The notes beneath the pieces are model-generated. The model worked only from the letters and a program-made list of their open reading frames with translations. It ran no database searches and was not told the origin of the DNA. Below are positions 26,987 to 36,664 of a stretch of 64,000 nucleotides of DNA, piece after piece. Source of the DNA: a virus (Duplodnaviria > Caudoviricetes). Numbering within the stretch: position 1 is the first letter of the stretch; each line of letters opens with the position of its first letter. The translations under genes were made by a program, and so were the position numbers. The stretch lies in the IMG/VR virus record IMGVR_UViG_3300025087_000034; one strand, written 5' to 3'.

Positions 26987-28249
26987 TTGGATATGTTAAA
27001 AAAGTTTTTCTATGAAAATGTTAAACAAGTTTTTAAGGATAGGGGTTATACACTAATTAGCAAAGAGTATATAAATAGTCGTACAAAGTTGGGCTATGAA
27101 TGCCCGAAAGGCCATTTAGGATCTATGACTTATAGTCATTTTCAACAGGGAAGTAGTTGCCCTGTTTGTTCTATTGAGAATAGCAAGCTTTCCTATGAAG
27201 AAGTTAAGAGGGCCTTTGATGATAGGAGCTATACGTTACTTAGTAAAGAGTATACAAATAAAACTATTAAGTTAGACTATGAGTGCCCAAAAGGTCACTT
27301 GGGGTCTATGACTTATGGTAATTTTCAACAGGGAAATAGTTGCCCTGTTTGTTCTATTGAGAATAGCAAGCTTTCTTACGACGATGTTAAGAAAGTTTTT
27401 AGAGATAGGGGCTATATCTTACGCAGTAAGGAGTATGTAAATAGCCAAACTAAATTAGACTATGAGTGCCCAAAAGGTCACTTGGGGTCTATGACTTATG
27501 GTAATTTTTATCAGAAACACGCCTGCCTTGTTTGTTTTATTGAGAATAGCAGGCTTTCCTATGAAGAAGTTAAGAGGGCCTTTGATGATAGAGGTTATAC
27601 ACTACTTAGTAAAGAGTATGTGAATGTCCAAACTAAGTTAGACTATATATGCCCAAAAGGTCACCTAGGATCGATGACCTATGGTAACTTTCATCAAGGA
27701 AAGGGCTGCCCTATTTGTAACATAGAGAATAGCAAGCTTTCCTATGAAGAAGTTAAGAGAGCCTTTGACGGTAGAGGTTATACCTTGCTTAGCAAGGAGT
27801 ATGTAAATGCTGGCGCTAAGTTAGACTATAGGTGCCCTAAGGGTCATTTGGGGTCTATGATTTATAGTCATTTTCAACAGGGAAGTGACTGTCCTATTTG
27901 TTCAGATAGCTCTCCTGTTTCTAAAATTTCCCAAAAATGGCTAGCTTCCTTAGGGCTATCGTCGGAGATGGGAATTAGTAGGGAAGTTAGTTTGAAAATA
28001 GGGGATAACAGGTTTAAGGTAGATGGTTTTGATCTTTCAACAAATACAGTTTATGAGTTTCTTGGGGACTATTGGCATGGGAACCCTAGTGTATTTGATC
28101 CTAATGAAGTGAACAAAAATAATAAAAAGACTTTTGGCCGGCTTTACCAAGAAACCTTGGAAAGAATTCACCTCTTAGAAGAAGCAGAGTACAATGTGGT
28201 TTATATTTGGGAGAAAGATTTTTTAGAAGGAAAGGGGTGTTGTAGTTAA
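26987..28249 (+). CDS. Zinc-repeat (5 x 61 aa) endonuclease with C-terminal PD-(D/E)XK/Vsr-like domain
   Basis: Five 183-nt repeats with CPKGH...CxxC; C-terminal domain closely similar to that of 12917-13801. Confidence 0.85.
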   Translation: MDMLKKFFYENVKQVFKDRGYTLISKEYINSRTKLGYECPKGHLGSMTYSHFQQGSSCPVCSIENSKLSYEEVKRAFDDRSYTLLSKEYTNKTIKLDYECPKGHLGSMTYGNFQQGNSCPVCSIENSKLSYDDVKKVFRDRGYILRSKEYVNSQTKLDYECPKGHLGSMTYGNFYQKHACLVCFIENSRLSYEEVKRAFDDRGYTLLSKEYVNVQTKLDYICPKGHLGSMTYGNFHQGKGCPICNIENSKLSYEEVKRAFDGRGYTLLSKEYVNAGAKLDYRCPKGHLGSMIYSHFQQGSDCPICSDSSPVSKISQKWLASLGLSSEMGISREVSLKIGDNRFKVDGFDLSTNTVYEFLGDYWHGNPSVFDPNEVNKNNKKTFGRLYQETLERIHLLEEAEYNVVYIWEKDFLEGKGCCS

Positions 28250-28250
28250 A

Positions 28251-28685
28251 ATGGCCCGTGATATAAGAACGTATTTAGAAAATTATCTGGATAGCTATCC
28301 GGGTATGCTGGAGTGGTACACCAAAGTAGAAAGTGAGGCAGAGTTTGGCTATAGAGAAGTTTTAGTTGTGCAGCTTTTTAACGGTATAAGGGCTTTGGCA
28401 ATATTGGAACACGATTCTCCCATTGGTAAGCTGTGCCATGTATCTGTAGTGCCTATGTATAGGAGGCTGGGTCTTGGGATGTGTTTAGTTAGTAAGGCAT
28501 TCGATAGGTTAATTGCTCGTGGTTCTGAGGAGATTGTTTTAACCACTGATTGGAGTACCTATTTAAATTATGGCCCATTTTTTCTAGGTTGTGGGTTTAA
28601 CCCTGTTGGTGCTTTTATTCGTAAGGATATTTCGGGTGCTTTAGAGGTTATTTGGAAAATTAAGTTTAAAACTGCTATTAGATAA
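28251..28685 (+). CDS. GNAT-family acetyltransferase
   Basis: VSVVPMYRRLGLGMCLV (acetyl-CoA motif A), FFLGCGF. Confidence 0.85.
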   Translation: MARDIRTYLENYLDSYPGMLEWYTKVESEAEFGYREVLVVQLFNGIRALAILEHDSPIGKLCHVSVVPMYRRLGLGMCLVSKAFDRLIARGSEEIVLTTDWSTYLNYGPFFLGCGFNPVGAFIRKDISGALEVIWKIKFKTAIR

Positions 28686-28769
28686 GATAATCCTTCAGTG
28701 TTTGGGGGTTTTCCCAACCCTTCCTATAGTAAAATCCATACAAAAATAATATATATTAAAAATTTTCTC

Positions 28770-28803
28770 TTTACAGAGTTAAGCTATTTTTCTATTTATA
28801 TAG
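28770..28803 (+). promoter_or_regulatory. Putative promoter
   Basis: TTTACA-N17-TATTTATATAG; same downstream 11-mer as 33719-33729. Confidence 0.55.
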
Positions 28804-28837
28804 GTGAACGGGGACGATGATCCTCAAGGAGAGAAGC

Positions 28838-29701
28838 ATGGACGAGAAAACAATTGCTAGATTGAAGCAGCCGTTAAAAATTTATAGTTTGCCAGGTCCT
28901 AAGGGAAAAGAGTATAAGTATGTAAAGGGTGAGGACGTGATATCGGCTCTGAACGAGGCTTTTCAACACAATTGGTGTTCGGAGGTAAAAAATGTTATAA
29001 CTATTGACGGGCATGTTGTGGTACATGTTGCCATAACTGCTCAAGGGATCACTCATGAAGCTTTTGGTGGTGCTGATGTAGCTGTACACAAATATGGGGA
29101 AAGTCAGGGGAAACCAGTCAATATGTCTAACACATATAAGAGTGCTTTGACTAATTCTATAAAGAAGGCCAGTGAACAGTTTGGTCTTGGTCTTAATGTA
29201 GAGGATTATGTTGATACAAATGATACCGAATATGGTGACCCCAGACCAAAGAATGAGATACCTAAAAATTTTGGCGGGCCACAAAAAACTCAACCAAAAA
29301 CAACAGGTGAAACTACAGTATCAATAAAAAAACGAGAAGAGGTAAAAGAAGAACTACCAATAGATGTAGAACAACTTAAAAGGCTTGTATCAGCAGTAAT
29401 TGCTAACTCTGACCCGATAAAAGAAGAACCAAAAAAACCGGATTCTTTAGTTAAATTATACACAGAAGAGCAAAAGACAGCTCAAGATACATTTCCTAAG
29501 TCAAATACTGGTAAAATAAATGCTATTCAATTGGGAGCTATAACAGGCATGTGTAAGTTGCGAGGTATTTCTGTTACTGAGGTTGTGGTAGAGGCATTGG
29601 GACCCTTAGAATCTTCAGGTGACATAGATATTAATGATTTATCCTATAATGAGGGTGTCAAGATAATCGGCCATTTAAATGGAAAGAAGAAACTGAGTTA
29701 G
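28838..29701 (+). CDS. Rad52/Rad22-family single-strand annealing protein
   Basis: YVKGEDVISALNEAFQHNW...HEAFGG...YKSALTNSIKKASEQFGLG; AAGGAG RBS before ATG 28838. Confidence 0.85.
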   Translation: MDEKTIARLKQPLKIYSLPGPKGKEYKYVKGEDVISALNEAFQHNWCSEVKNVITIDGHVVVHVAITAQGITHEAFGGADVAVHKYGESQGKPVNMSNTYKSALTNSIKKASEQFGLGLNVEDYVDTNDTEYGDPRPKNEIPKNFGGPQKTQPKTTGETTVSIKKREEVKEELPIDVEQLKRLVSAVIANSDPIKEEPKKPDSLVKLYTEEQKTAQDTFPKSNTGKINAIQLGAITGMCKLRGISVTEVVVEALGPLESSGDIDINDLSYNEGVKIIGHLNGKKKLS

Positions 29702-29703
29702 TT

Positions 29704-31635
29704 ATGTCAAAATACGAGGTCGTTGAACGTCTTTGGGAATCTGCTGGATTTAATATCACAATACTACAAGTACCGCCAGACAAAATAGACGACAAACTGG
29801 CAATATTGTCAGATGGAAGTGGTTTATTAACTTCTTTTATGTATAACAGATTCTTGTTTAATACTTGTATTGTTGATCCCAGTAAGGTGTGGCCTTTCAT
29901 GGGCAGCTTATCTGAAAATACTGACCTTGTTGTTAGTGCAGTTATGGATTTAAAGTCTCTGATTATTGAAGCTAATCCCTTACTTGATCCAAGAATATTG
30001 ATAATAAATGATGAAAATATAATAAGACTCCCAAATCAAGGTGACACGACCTCGACAGCTCGGCTACTAATAAACAATCCTCGTTGGGATGATACGAACG
30101 TAGAATCAGATGATGAGGAAGATATTGATAATTTCTTTTCTAATGCCGAGCCACCGAGGCTGCCTTTAAATGTAAATCCCAGTATTCCTTGGGCAGAAAA
30201 ATTGGAACTCAAGGAGTGGTCAACTACTGGTCTGGTTGTGTTAGTACTTAAATGTTCTGTTGACGATATTCCTGAAGTTTTTAAGGATAAGTATTCCTTT
30301 GCTAATGATGATGGTGGTTATGAGGCATACAGATTATTCATTGTGGCAAAGACAGTAGCAGATTTTGCTGCTATGTTTCAACATTTGGATGAAATGGGTA
30401 TAACAAAGAAAAACTCGCCCAAAGAATTAGTACGACAACTATATGAACTAGTTATAGAAGAAAATCCATTTCTAGCCTGGGAAAGTGTAGATTTGGATAA
30501 GGTAAAGAGGGCGGTAATAGCTAAATATGGTAAGCAGCAAAAACCGCATCTGAACAAGTTTAGTAAGGATAGTGTAAAAGGGGATAAGAATACTGAAACA
30601 AAGAAACAAGCAAGGTTAAGTAAAGATTTTTATAGGGAATTTTCCGATGTATCAGAAGAAGAGGTAAATACTTTAGCGGAAAGAATAAAACAAGAAGTAA
30701 TAGGACAGGACCCTGTTATAGAAGAAATAGTAGATTCTATAAAACTAGCCAAATGTGGGTTTAAAGAAGAAGGTACACCTATTGCTACTTTCTTGTTAAC
30801 TGGTGAATCCGGTGTTGGTAAAACTCATTGTGCCAAAATGTTGGCTAAATATTTAACAGGTGATGAACATAATTTAGTTAGGGTGGATTGTTCCGAATAT
30901 AGTCATAGCCACGAGATTTCAAAGCTTATAGGAAGTCCCAATGGTTATATCGGGTCTTCCGACACTACCAAGTTTTTTGAAATGATGACGAAAAGTCCAT
31001 TTAGCGTGGTTTTATTTGATGAACTGGAAAAAAGTCATTCCAAACTCCATGACCTGCTGCTTCAAGCTATAGATGAGGGTCATCTCACAAACGGTAAGTC
31101 AGAAACGGTGTCCTTTGGTCAGGCTATTTTCTTGTTCACTTCTAATATAGGGGTTCAAGAAGTAAAGAGTGTTGGGAGCAGAATCGGTATAGGGGATGGT
31201 GCCGTAGTAACAAGGGATAAGAGGGCGGCTGCTATAACTGAAGCGGTAAAAGATAAATTTAAACCGGAATTCATTGGTAGGTTAGACGGTGTTCTTACCT
31301 TTGACGTTCTAAATAAGGATTCTTGTATGAGAATAGTAGACCTTCAGTTTAATAGGGTAAATGAGTTATTAGCAAAAAAGGACATAAGGATAGAGTATGA
31401 CGAAGCTGTGAAGGAGTACATTTATAGTAGAGGATTCAAGAAGGGTTATGGTGCCCGTCCTCTGAAGAGGGTGGTGCGAAAAGAAGTGTTTCTTCCTGTT
31501 TCTAAACTGTTGTTGGAACAAAAGTTGTCTTCTAAGGTAGTTGTAAAGGTAGGTATTAGCGAAGACAAGTTAACCTTTAGTGTAGAAGGGAAAAAATCTA
31601 AGAAGAAAAAGAAGGAGGCTGCAAAAATAGAGTAA
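29704..31635 (+). CDS. Clp/Hsp100 ATPase with a single (D2-type) AAA+ module and a novel duplicated N-terminal domain
   Basis: VIGQD, Walker A GESGVGKT, RVDCSEY, Walker B LFDELEK, FTSNIG, PEFIGRLD, GARPLKR; no D1 module. Confidence 0.88.
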   Translation: MSKYEVVERLWESAGFNITILQVPPDKIDDKLAILSDGSGLLTSFMYNRFLFNTCIVDPSKVWPFMGSLSENTDLVVSAVMDLKSLIIEANPLLDPRILIINDENIIRLPNQGDTTSTARLLINNPRWDDTNVESDDEEDIDNFFSNAEPPRLPLNVNPSIPWAEKLELKEWSTTGLVVLVLKCSVDDIPEVFKDKYSFANDDGGYEAYRLFIVAKTVADFAAMFQHLDEMGITKKNSPKELVRQLYELVIEENPFLAWESVDLDKVKRAVIAKYGKQQKPHLNKFSKDSVKGDKNTETKKQARLSKDFYREFSDVSEEEVNTLAERIKQEVIGQDPVIEEIVDSIKLAKCGFKEEGTPIATFLLTGESGVGKTHCAKMLAKYLTGDEHNLVRVDCSEYSHSHEISKLIGSPNGYIGSSDTTKFFEMMTKSPFSVVLFDELEKSHSKLHDLLLQAIDEGHLTNGKSETVSFGQAIFLFTSNIGVQEVKSVGSRIGIGDGAVVTRDKRAAAITEAVKDKFKPEFIGRLDGVLTFDVLNKDSCMRIVDLQFNRVNELLAKKDIRIEYDEAVKEYIYSRGFKKGYGARPLKRVVRKEVFLPVSKLLLEQKLSSKVVVKVGISEDKLTFSVEGKKSKKKKKEAAKIE

Positions 31636-31644
31636 AAAACGAAG

Positions 31645-33030
31645 ATGGCAGTAAAAAATATAAGTAAAAACCACTTAATATTTGAAGTATTTCCTTGGCT
31701 TAGGAAATGGGTAGACTGGGAAGCCAACAAAGAGGGGCTAGAAGACCTATCGTGTAGAAGTAAATACAGAATTTCTTTAAGATGCCCTGTGTGTGGCTAC
31801 AGACTTAAATATACAGTGTCAATGCTGAAAGAGTTGGTCCATAATTTAGAGTGTAGACGATGTAATAGTTTAGGTATAAAAAGGCCAGACCTTCTTAAAT
31901 ATTGGGATTATAAAGCTAATATGTTAGACCCTTTTATAATTTCTCCTGGGTCTCATAAGACGGCTAATTGGAAATGTGAAAAATGTGGGTACAGTTGGAC
32001 AAAAATAATTAGGTATATGTCTTCCTTTACGTATTGCCCACGGTGTGAGTTTCCTGGTCATCATAGCAACCTGTTTGTAAACAGCGGTTCTGAAAATATA
32101 AGATTATGGGACTTGGAAAATAATAATATTGATATAGGTAGCGTAACAAAAAGGAATAAAGATAAACGGTACTGGAGGTGTCCTGATTGCAACCATAGGT
32201 GGGGGGCTTCCATAAGTACAATGTGCCTGCTCCCAGGATGCCCTTATTGTAAGGGGTTAAGTAAGCGTATTAGTAGGCTGGGCAATAAGACTAATAATAG
32301 TCTAGCATTTTGTTTTCCGGATATAGCAGAGGAATTTTTAAGCGAGGAAAACGGTATAACACCAGACAGGGTATCCAAGTATTCGAATAAAAAGTATATG
32401 TGGCGGTGTAGAGTTTGTGGGGGTAAGTGGGAATCTTTTGTTTATAATAGAATAAGAAACCATGGGTGTCCCTATTGTAATAACCAGCTTCCTACAGAGA
32501 CGAATAATTTGGCCGTTCTTAAACCTGAATTGTTGTTGGAATTTAGTAGTAAAAACAATAAAAGACCCGAAGAATATATGGCACACACAAATAAAAAAGT
32601 TTGGTGGGAATGCCCCGTGTGCGATTTTGAATATTTAATGCGTGTTCATGACAAGACGAGAATAGACGGTAAGGCCTGTGGGTGCCCTCGTTGTGCTATA
32701 GGCATACACGTTTCTAAGTCAGGAGCCACTTGGTTAGATAGTCTGAATATTAGTAAAGAATATAGAGAAAAGAAAATATATTATCAAGAAGGTACTTTAA
32801 AGTTCTATAGGGTTGACGCTTTAGTAGGTAATACTGTGTATGAGTTTTTGGGTGACTTTTGGCATGGTAATCCTTCTATATATGCCGAAAATAGACCTAA
32901 TAAAAAACTGGGGGTGTCTTTTGGGGAATTATACGGCGAGTGGTTAAAGAGAAAAGAAATTTTAGAAAATTTAGGCTATATGGTTGTTTATGTATGGGAA
33001 TCTGACTTCAAAAAGGGACAAGAACTATGA
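31645..33030 (+). CDS. Zinc-ribbon repeat (DUF4379-like) endonuclease with C-terminal YEFLGDFWHG domain
   Basis: Repeated WxCxxC...CPxC units; RVDA...YEFLGDFWHG...VWE C-terminus. Confidence 0.85.
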   Translation: MAVKNISKNHLIFEVFPWLRKWVDWEANKEGLEDLSCRSKYRISLRCPVCGYRLKYTVSMLKELVHNLECRRCNSLGIKRPDLLKYWDYKANMLDPFIISPGSHKTANWKCEKCGYSWTKIIRYMSSFTYCPRCEFPGHHSNLFVNSGSENIRLWDLENNNIDIGSVTKRNKDKRYWRCPDCNHRWGASISTMCLLPGCPYCKGLSKRISRLGNKTNNSLAFCFPDIAEEFLSEENGITPDRVSKYSNKKYMWRCRVCGGKWESFVYNRIRNHGCPYCNNQLPTETNNLAVLKPELLLEFSSKNNKRPEEYMAHTNKKVWWECPVCDFEYLMRVHDKTRIDGKACGCPRCAIGIHVSKSGATWLDSLNISKEYREKKIYYQEGTLKFYRVDALVGNTVYEFLGDFWHGNPSIYAENRPNKKLGVSFGELYGEWLKRKEILENLGYMVVYVWESDFKKGQEL

Positions 33031-33365
33031 GAACAGGCCTTAAAGGTTTAAATGAAGTACGCTTTTCTTTTACTGCTGTTTTTGTTCGCTATGGACATAA
33101 GCCAGGGTGGTTTGGTGCAGAAAGAACCCTCTTGTTTAAAAACGTTACTAATGTAGAAACCAATAAAATAGTAGCCGACCATGTGTGGTTTACTGGTAAT
33201 AAAAGTTTTAGTAAGTATTTTTTCAAGGAAGGTGACCTGGTATCTTTTTGTGCTAGAGTTTCTACTTATGTAAAGGGCTATGTAAATAATAGGGAATATG
33301 TAGATGAAAGAACCCTAGATTATAGGTTAACCTACCCAACAAAAATAGTTTTAGTACGACAATAG
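33027..33365 (+). CDS. Hypothetical protein
   Basis: 112-aa ORF with ATGA overlap; DHVWF...GDLVSFCARV...Y pattern. Confidence 0.7.
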   Translation: MRTGLKGLNEVRFSFTAVFVRYGHKPGWFGAERTLLFKNVTNVETNKIVADHVWFTGNKSFSKYFFKEGDLVSFCARVSTYVKGYVNNREYVDERTLDYRLTYPTKIVLVRQ

Positions 33366-33405
33366 TTTTGGTATAGTTTTATTTTTTAACCCGGGAGAAA
33401 AAACA

Positions 33406-33669
33406 ATGAAGTTCATAATCTCTGCAGCATCAAATAAGATTCCCATTTCTATAAGAAATAGGGTACAGGACATAAAAATAAGTAGTCGTAATAATGAATA
33501 TGGCACAATAGATATTGTTGATTTAGAGGACCTTTTGAGACTGTCTTCTTCACTTGGGGCTAGTTTAGTTGTAGGTAGATATATAGGGTTTGATGAAGAG
33601 ACGGATAGAGTGAATGGTGGAATAGTTAGCACTATAGTAATCTATGACGACTATTTGGAGTTGGAGTAG
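33406..33669 (+). CDS. Hypothetical phage protein
   Basis: 87-aa ORF with GGAG RBS. Confidence 0.7.
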   Translation: MKFIISAASNKIPISIRNRVQDIKISSRNNEYGTIDIVDLEDLLRLSSSLGASLVVGRYIGFDEETDRVNGGIVSTIVIYDDYLELE

Positions 33670-33695
33670 GAATACATCGAAATAGAAAATAATAA

Positions 33696-33729
33696 TTGTC
33701 ATTTTTTGTGGATTATTGTATTTATATAG
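33696..33729 (+). promoter_or_regulatory. Putative promoter
   Basis: TTGTCA-N17-TATTTATATAG. Confidence 0.55.
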
Positions 33730-33787
33730 TGTGTGGGGATGATGCTGGGTTGGTACCTTGTTCTTGTTGTAATTTTAGGGAGGTTTT

Positions 33788-34468
33788 ATGGACATAGAAA
33801 GAAAACAGGGCGTTTATATAACTGAGCACAAAAAATGGAATACTAAGAAAATTTTTAATAATGGTTGTAGAATGTGTACGTATAGGCACCAGCCCAAAGT
33901 CGTTGATTTTAACTATCCATTCATAAATGATAGGAACCAAGATTACTGTGGTGGATGGAGCATACATGGGGTTGATTATTCTAAAGAGGCCCAACTTATG
34001 CGTGTCATTGAGGGTTTAAAACCATTCATATCTATTGCTATTGTGGCAGACTCAATAAAGGACCCATCAGGAAATGGCTATAAGGCTGTTTGGACGGATA
34101 AAAATGAAGCAGAAAAACAAAAACTATTTGATATAGCAGAAAAATATAACCATATAAAGTATGTAGGTAAAATGGGGGGAGGTTCTTCTAGCCTAGGTTT
34201 TTGGTATTTTTTTGAGGCTTGTTTTGATACAACCCTTGGTGAATTGGTAGGCCTACAAAAGTTAGAACAAGTTTATAGATCAAGCGGGATATTAGTCGAA
34301 TGTGTGCAGAAGAAGGATAAGCCTCTTTCGGACTATTTCGACGAGTTTGATTGCCAGGGAAGCAATGGTTACATCGAGCCCTGGGAAACAGGTCTTGTAC
34401 TTGGGTATCCTATTGAAAATACTATATCTTGGTATTTAGAGTCCATACAATCTTTTGGAAGATATTAA
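33788..34468 (+). CDS. Hypothetical protein
   Basis: 226-aa ORF with GGAGG RBS downstream of the promoter. Confidence 0.75.
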   Translation: MDIERKQGVYITEHKKWNTKKIFNNGCRMCTYRHQPKVVDFNYPFINDRNQDYCGGWSIHGVDYSKEAQLMRVIEGLKPFISIAIVADSIKDPSGNGYKAVWTDKNEAEKQKLFDIAEKYNHIKYVGKMGGGSSSLGFWYFFEACFDTTLGELVGLQKLEQVYRSSGILVECVQKKDKPLSDYFDEFDCQGSNGYIEPWETGLVLGYPIENTISWYLESIQSFGRY

Positions 34469-34553
34469 AATAAGAAAGCTGTCTTGTAATAGAGTTTAAT
34501 TTTTTTGGTCGGTGAAAAAAATAGAGGTTAAAAACAACAAGAAGAGGTGTTTT

Positions 34554-35156
34554 ATGTTTCAACCAGGTGAAAACATTTCAGTCCCTTATGTATTAGATAA
34601 TAAAGGACAAGATAGAGTTTTTGACCTCTGGTCAAGACTTAATCAGGATAGAATAATTTTTCTGGGAGACAGAATAAATGACCATGTAGCTAATATTGTC
34701 GTAGCTCAAATGCTATATTTAGAGTCACAAAACCACGATGCTCCTATTTACCTTTATATAAATAGTCCCGGAGGTATTGTTACGAGTGGTTACGCTATTT
34801 TAGATGCTATGAATTACATTACTCCAGAGGTGCACTGTACTTGTGTGGGACAAGCCTGTTCAATGGGGGCGGTTCTATTGGCTGCGGGGTCAAAAAGGTT
34901 TGCGCTTCCTAATAGTACAATTATGATACATCAGCCCTCCGGCGGTTTTTCCGGTCAAAGTACTGATATGCAAATACATGCAAATTATATACAAAAAATG
35001 AAAGAAACCTTAACCAAGATAATGGCAGAAAATACAGGCCAATCATATGAAAAGGTCTATGCTGATATGGAACGAGACAACTTTATGAGTGCAGAAGAAG
35101 CTAAAGAGTATGGGATCGTTGATGAGGTCGTCTATAAGAGGCCGGTTATAGATTAA
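34554..35156 (+). CDS. clpP: ATP-dependent Clp protease proteolytic subunit
   Basis: DRIIFLG, YINSPGG, catalytic Ser in QACSMG, His in MIHQP, Asp in ERDNF; track start 34512, RBS favours 34554. Confidence 0.95.
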   Translation: MFQPGENISVPYVLDNKGQDRVFDLWSRLNQDRIIFLGDRINDHVANIVVAQMLYLESQNHDAPIYLYINSPGGIVTSGYAILDAMNYITPEVHCTCVGQACSMGAVLLAAGSKRFALPNSTIMIHQPSGGFSGQSTDMQIHANYIQKMKETLTKIMAENTGQSYEKVYADMERDNFMSAEEAKEYGIVDEVVYKRPVID

Positions 35157-35159
35157 TAA

Positions 35160-35321
35160 ATGTATAAATTGACTTTAAAAGATCTACCACTACCTACTAC
35201 AGAATATTATTATGACTCAATAAGGGAATTAATGGATGACATCAACAATATACTATTGTTAAATGTTCCCTTTATAAATAATAGTTCTGAAATTATAATA
35301 TCATGGGAAGAGGGTTTTTAG
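35160..35321 (+). CDS. Small hypothetical protein (53 aa, below track cutoff)
   Basis: ATG 35160, MYKLTLKDLPLPTTEYYYDSIRELMDD...SWEEGF*, fills the gap after clpP. Confidence 0.55.
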   Translation: MYKLTLKDLPLPTTEYYYDSIRELMDDINNILLLNVPFINNSSEIIISWEEGF

Positions 35322-35329
35322 GGGACGTC

Positions 35330-35376
35330 TTTTAGCGCGCAAAAAATTCTAGGTATGTCATACAGGCTCGTTCCTT
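35330..35376 (+). repeat. Dispersed ~47-bp intergenic motif, copy A
   Basis: TTTTAG..AAAAATTCTAGGTATGTCA..GG.TCGTTCCTT; matches 40478-40525 and partly 41327-41344. Confidence 0.7.
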
Positions 35377-35396
35377 GTTGCTTTTTAGGAGAAAAT

Positions 35397-35837
35397 ATGG
35401 AGTGTACAAAAGGGTTGATTATTTCAGGTATAGAAGTAAAAGAACCTCTTGTATGGTGGGGTGGTACAGACTTACTTTTTGTCGGAAGTTTTTCTGGCGG
35501 GCCGAAAAAACTGTTCTACCAAATAAGTAAAGAGGTTTATAGTTTTGAACCAGAAAAACTATTTATGCTTAATGTAGTTGAACCTTTGGAGACCTTAGAA
35601 AATATTTCCTGTATTGAAGTATACCACTACCTTCTTTCAGATATAACAGAAGAAGAGGTAGACGAATTAATAGGTAATGAAATAACTCTATACGAAATCA
35701 TGAGCAAACCCAATAGTAAGAAACTAGTTATTGATGATCTCGGTTGTGTTTTTTCATTTGATAAGTTTAAGTTTGAGGACTTGCCCGAAAAACTAAAAAT
35801 CAGATCCGATGTGTATTTGACGGGGTTGGTAAATTAG
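35397..35837 (+). CDS. Hypothetical protein
   Basis: AGGAG RBS before ATG 35397 (track start 35355 lies inside the repeated motif). Confidence 0.7.
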   Translation: MECTKGLIISGIEVKEPLVWWGGTDLLFVGSFSGGPKKLFYQISKEVYSFEPEKLFMLNVVEPLETLENISCIEVYHYLLSDITEEEVDELIGNEITLYEIMSKPNSKKLVIDDLGCVFSFDKFKFEDLPEKLKIRSDVYLTGLVN

Positions 35838-35848
35838 GGGTAAGAAAT

Positions 35849-36664
35849 ATGGAATCTGATATAGTTTATAAAACGTGTAGTAAATGTAAAGAGACAAAAC
35901 CAGTAGGGGAGTTTCATAAAAATAGGAGTAGGGTTGACGGGTATGCTCATAGGTGTAAACTATGTGTGAAACAGTATCAAATAGATAATGCAAAGGCTAT
36001 AGCGAAGTATAATAAGCAATACCAAATAGATAATGCAAAGGTTATAGCGGAGAATAAGAAGCAATATAGAATAGATAATGCAAAAGCTATTAAGCAATAC
36101 AGAATAGATAATGCAAAGGCTATAGCGGAGAATAAGAAGCAATATAGAATAGATAATGCAAAGGCTATAGCAGAGTATAAGAAGCAATACCAAATAGATA
36201 ATGCAAAGGCTATAGCGGAGAATAATAAGCAATATAGAATAGATAATGCAACAGCTATAGCAGAGTATAAAAAGCAATACCAAATAGATAATGCAAAGGC
36301 TATAGCGGAACGTGAGAAGCAATATTTTAAGTCTCCTTCGGGTAGAAAAGCAGGCAAAGCTGCGCGTCAGAATCGTAGGGCTAGGAAAAAGAAAGCAGAG
36401 GGTAGGATTACGAAAATAGTAATACAACAGATAGAAGAAAGTAATATTTTGAAGTATGGGGAATTAACTTGTGTTTACTGCGGTGTGGTTGTGCACAATA
36501 ATTACCATCTAGAACATAAAATCCCTCTTGCACGAGGTGGAGATAATACGATAGAGAACTTAACTATAACATGTCCAACATGTAATATGAGGAAGCACAC
36601 AAGAACAGACGAGGAATTTTTGGTTCTTCTACAAGAAGAAAATACAAAAGGAGATAAAAAATAA
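35849..36664 (+). CDS. HNH endonuclease with N-terminal Zn finger and 15-aa tandem repeat linker
   Basis: CSKC...CKLC; KQYxIDNAKAIAxxx repeats; CVYCG...YHLEHKIPLARGGDNTIENLTITCPTCN. Confidence 0.9.
   Translation: MESDIVYKTCSKCKETKPVGEFHKNRSRVDGYAHRCKLCVKQYQIDNAKAIAKYNKQYQIDNAKVIAENKKQYRIDNAKAIKQYRIDNAKAIAENKKQYRIDNAKAIAEYKKQYQIDNAKAIAENNKQYRIDNATAIAEYKKQYQIDNAKAIAEREKQYFKSPSGRKAGKAARQNRRARKKKAEGRITKIVIQQIEESNILKYGELTCVYCGVVVHNNYHLEHKIPLARGGDNTIENLTITCPTCNMRKHTRTDEEFLVLLQEENTKGDKK
35969..36316 (+). repeat. Coding tandem repeat, 45-nt unit (7 x 45 nt plus one 33-nt unit)
   Basis: AAGCAATA(C/T)(C/A)(A/G)AATAGATAATGCAAAGGCTATAGC repeated in frame. Confidence 0.9.

Noticed and set aside
35969-36316. 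45-nt periodic repeats as a possible CRISPR array
   Set aside because: The units are contiguous and in frame within a CDS, with no unique spacers and no cas genes
35960-36427. Minus-strand hydrophobic repeat ORFs (35960-36427, 35977-36357) resembling membrane proteins
   Set aside because: They are antisense shadows of the stop-poor 45-nt repeat in the HNH gene, which has clear domains on the + strand
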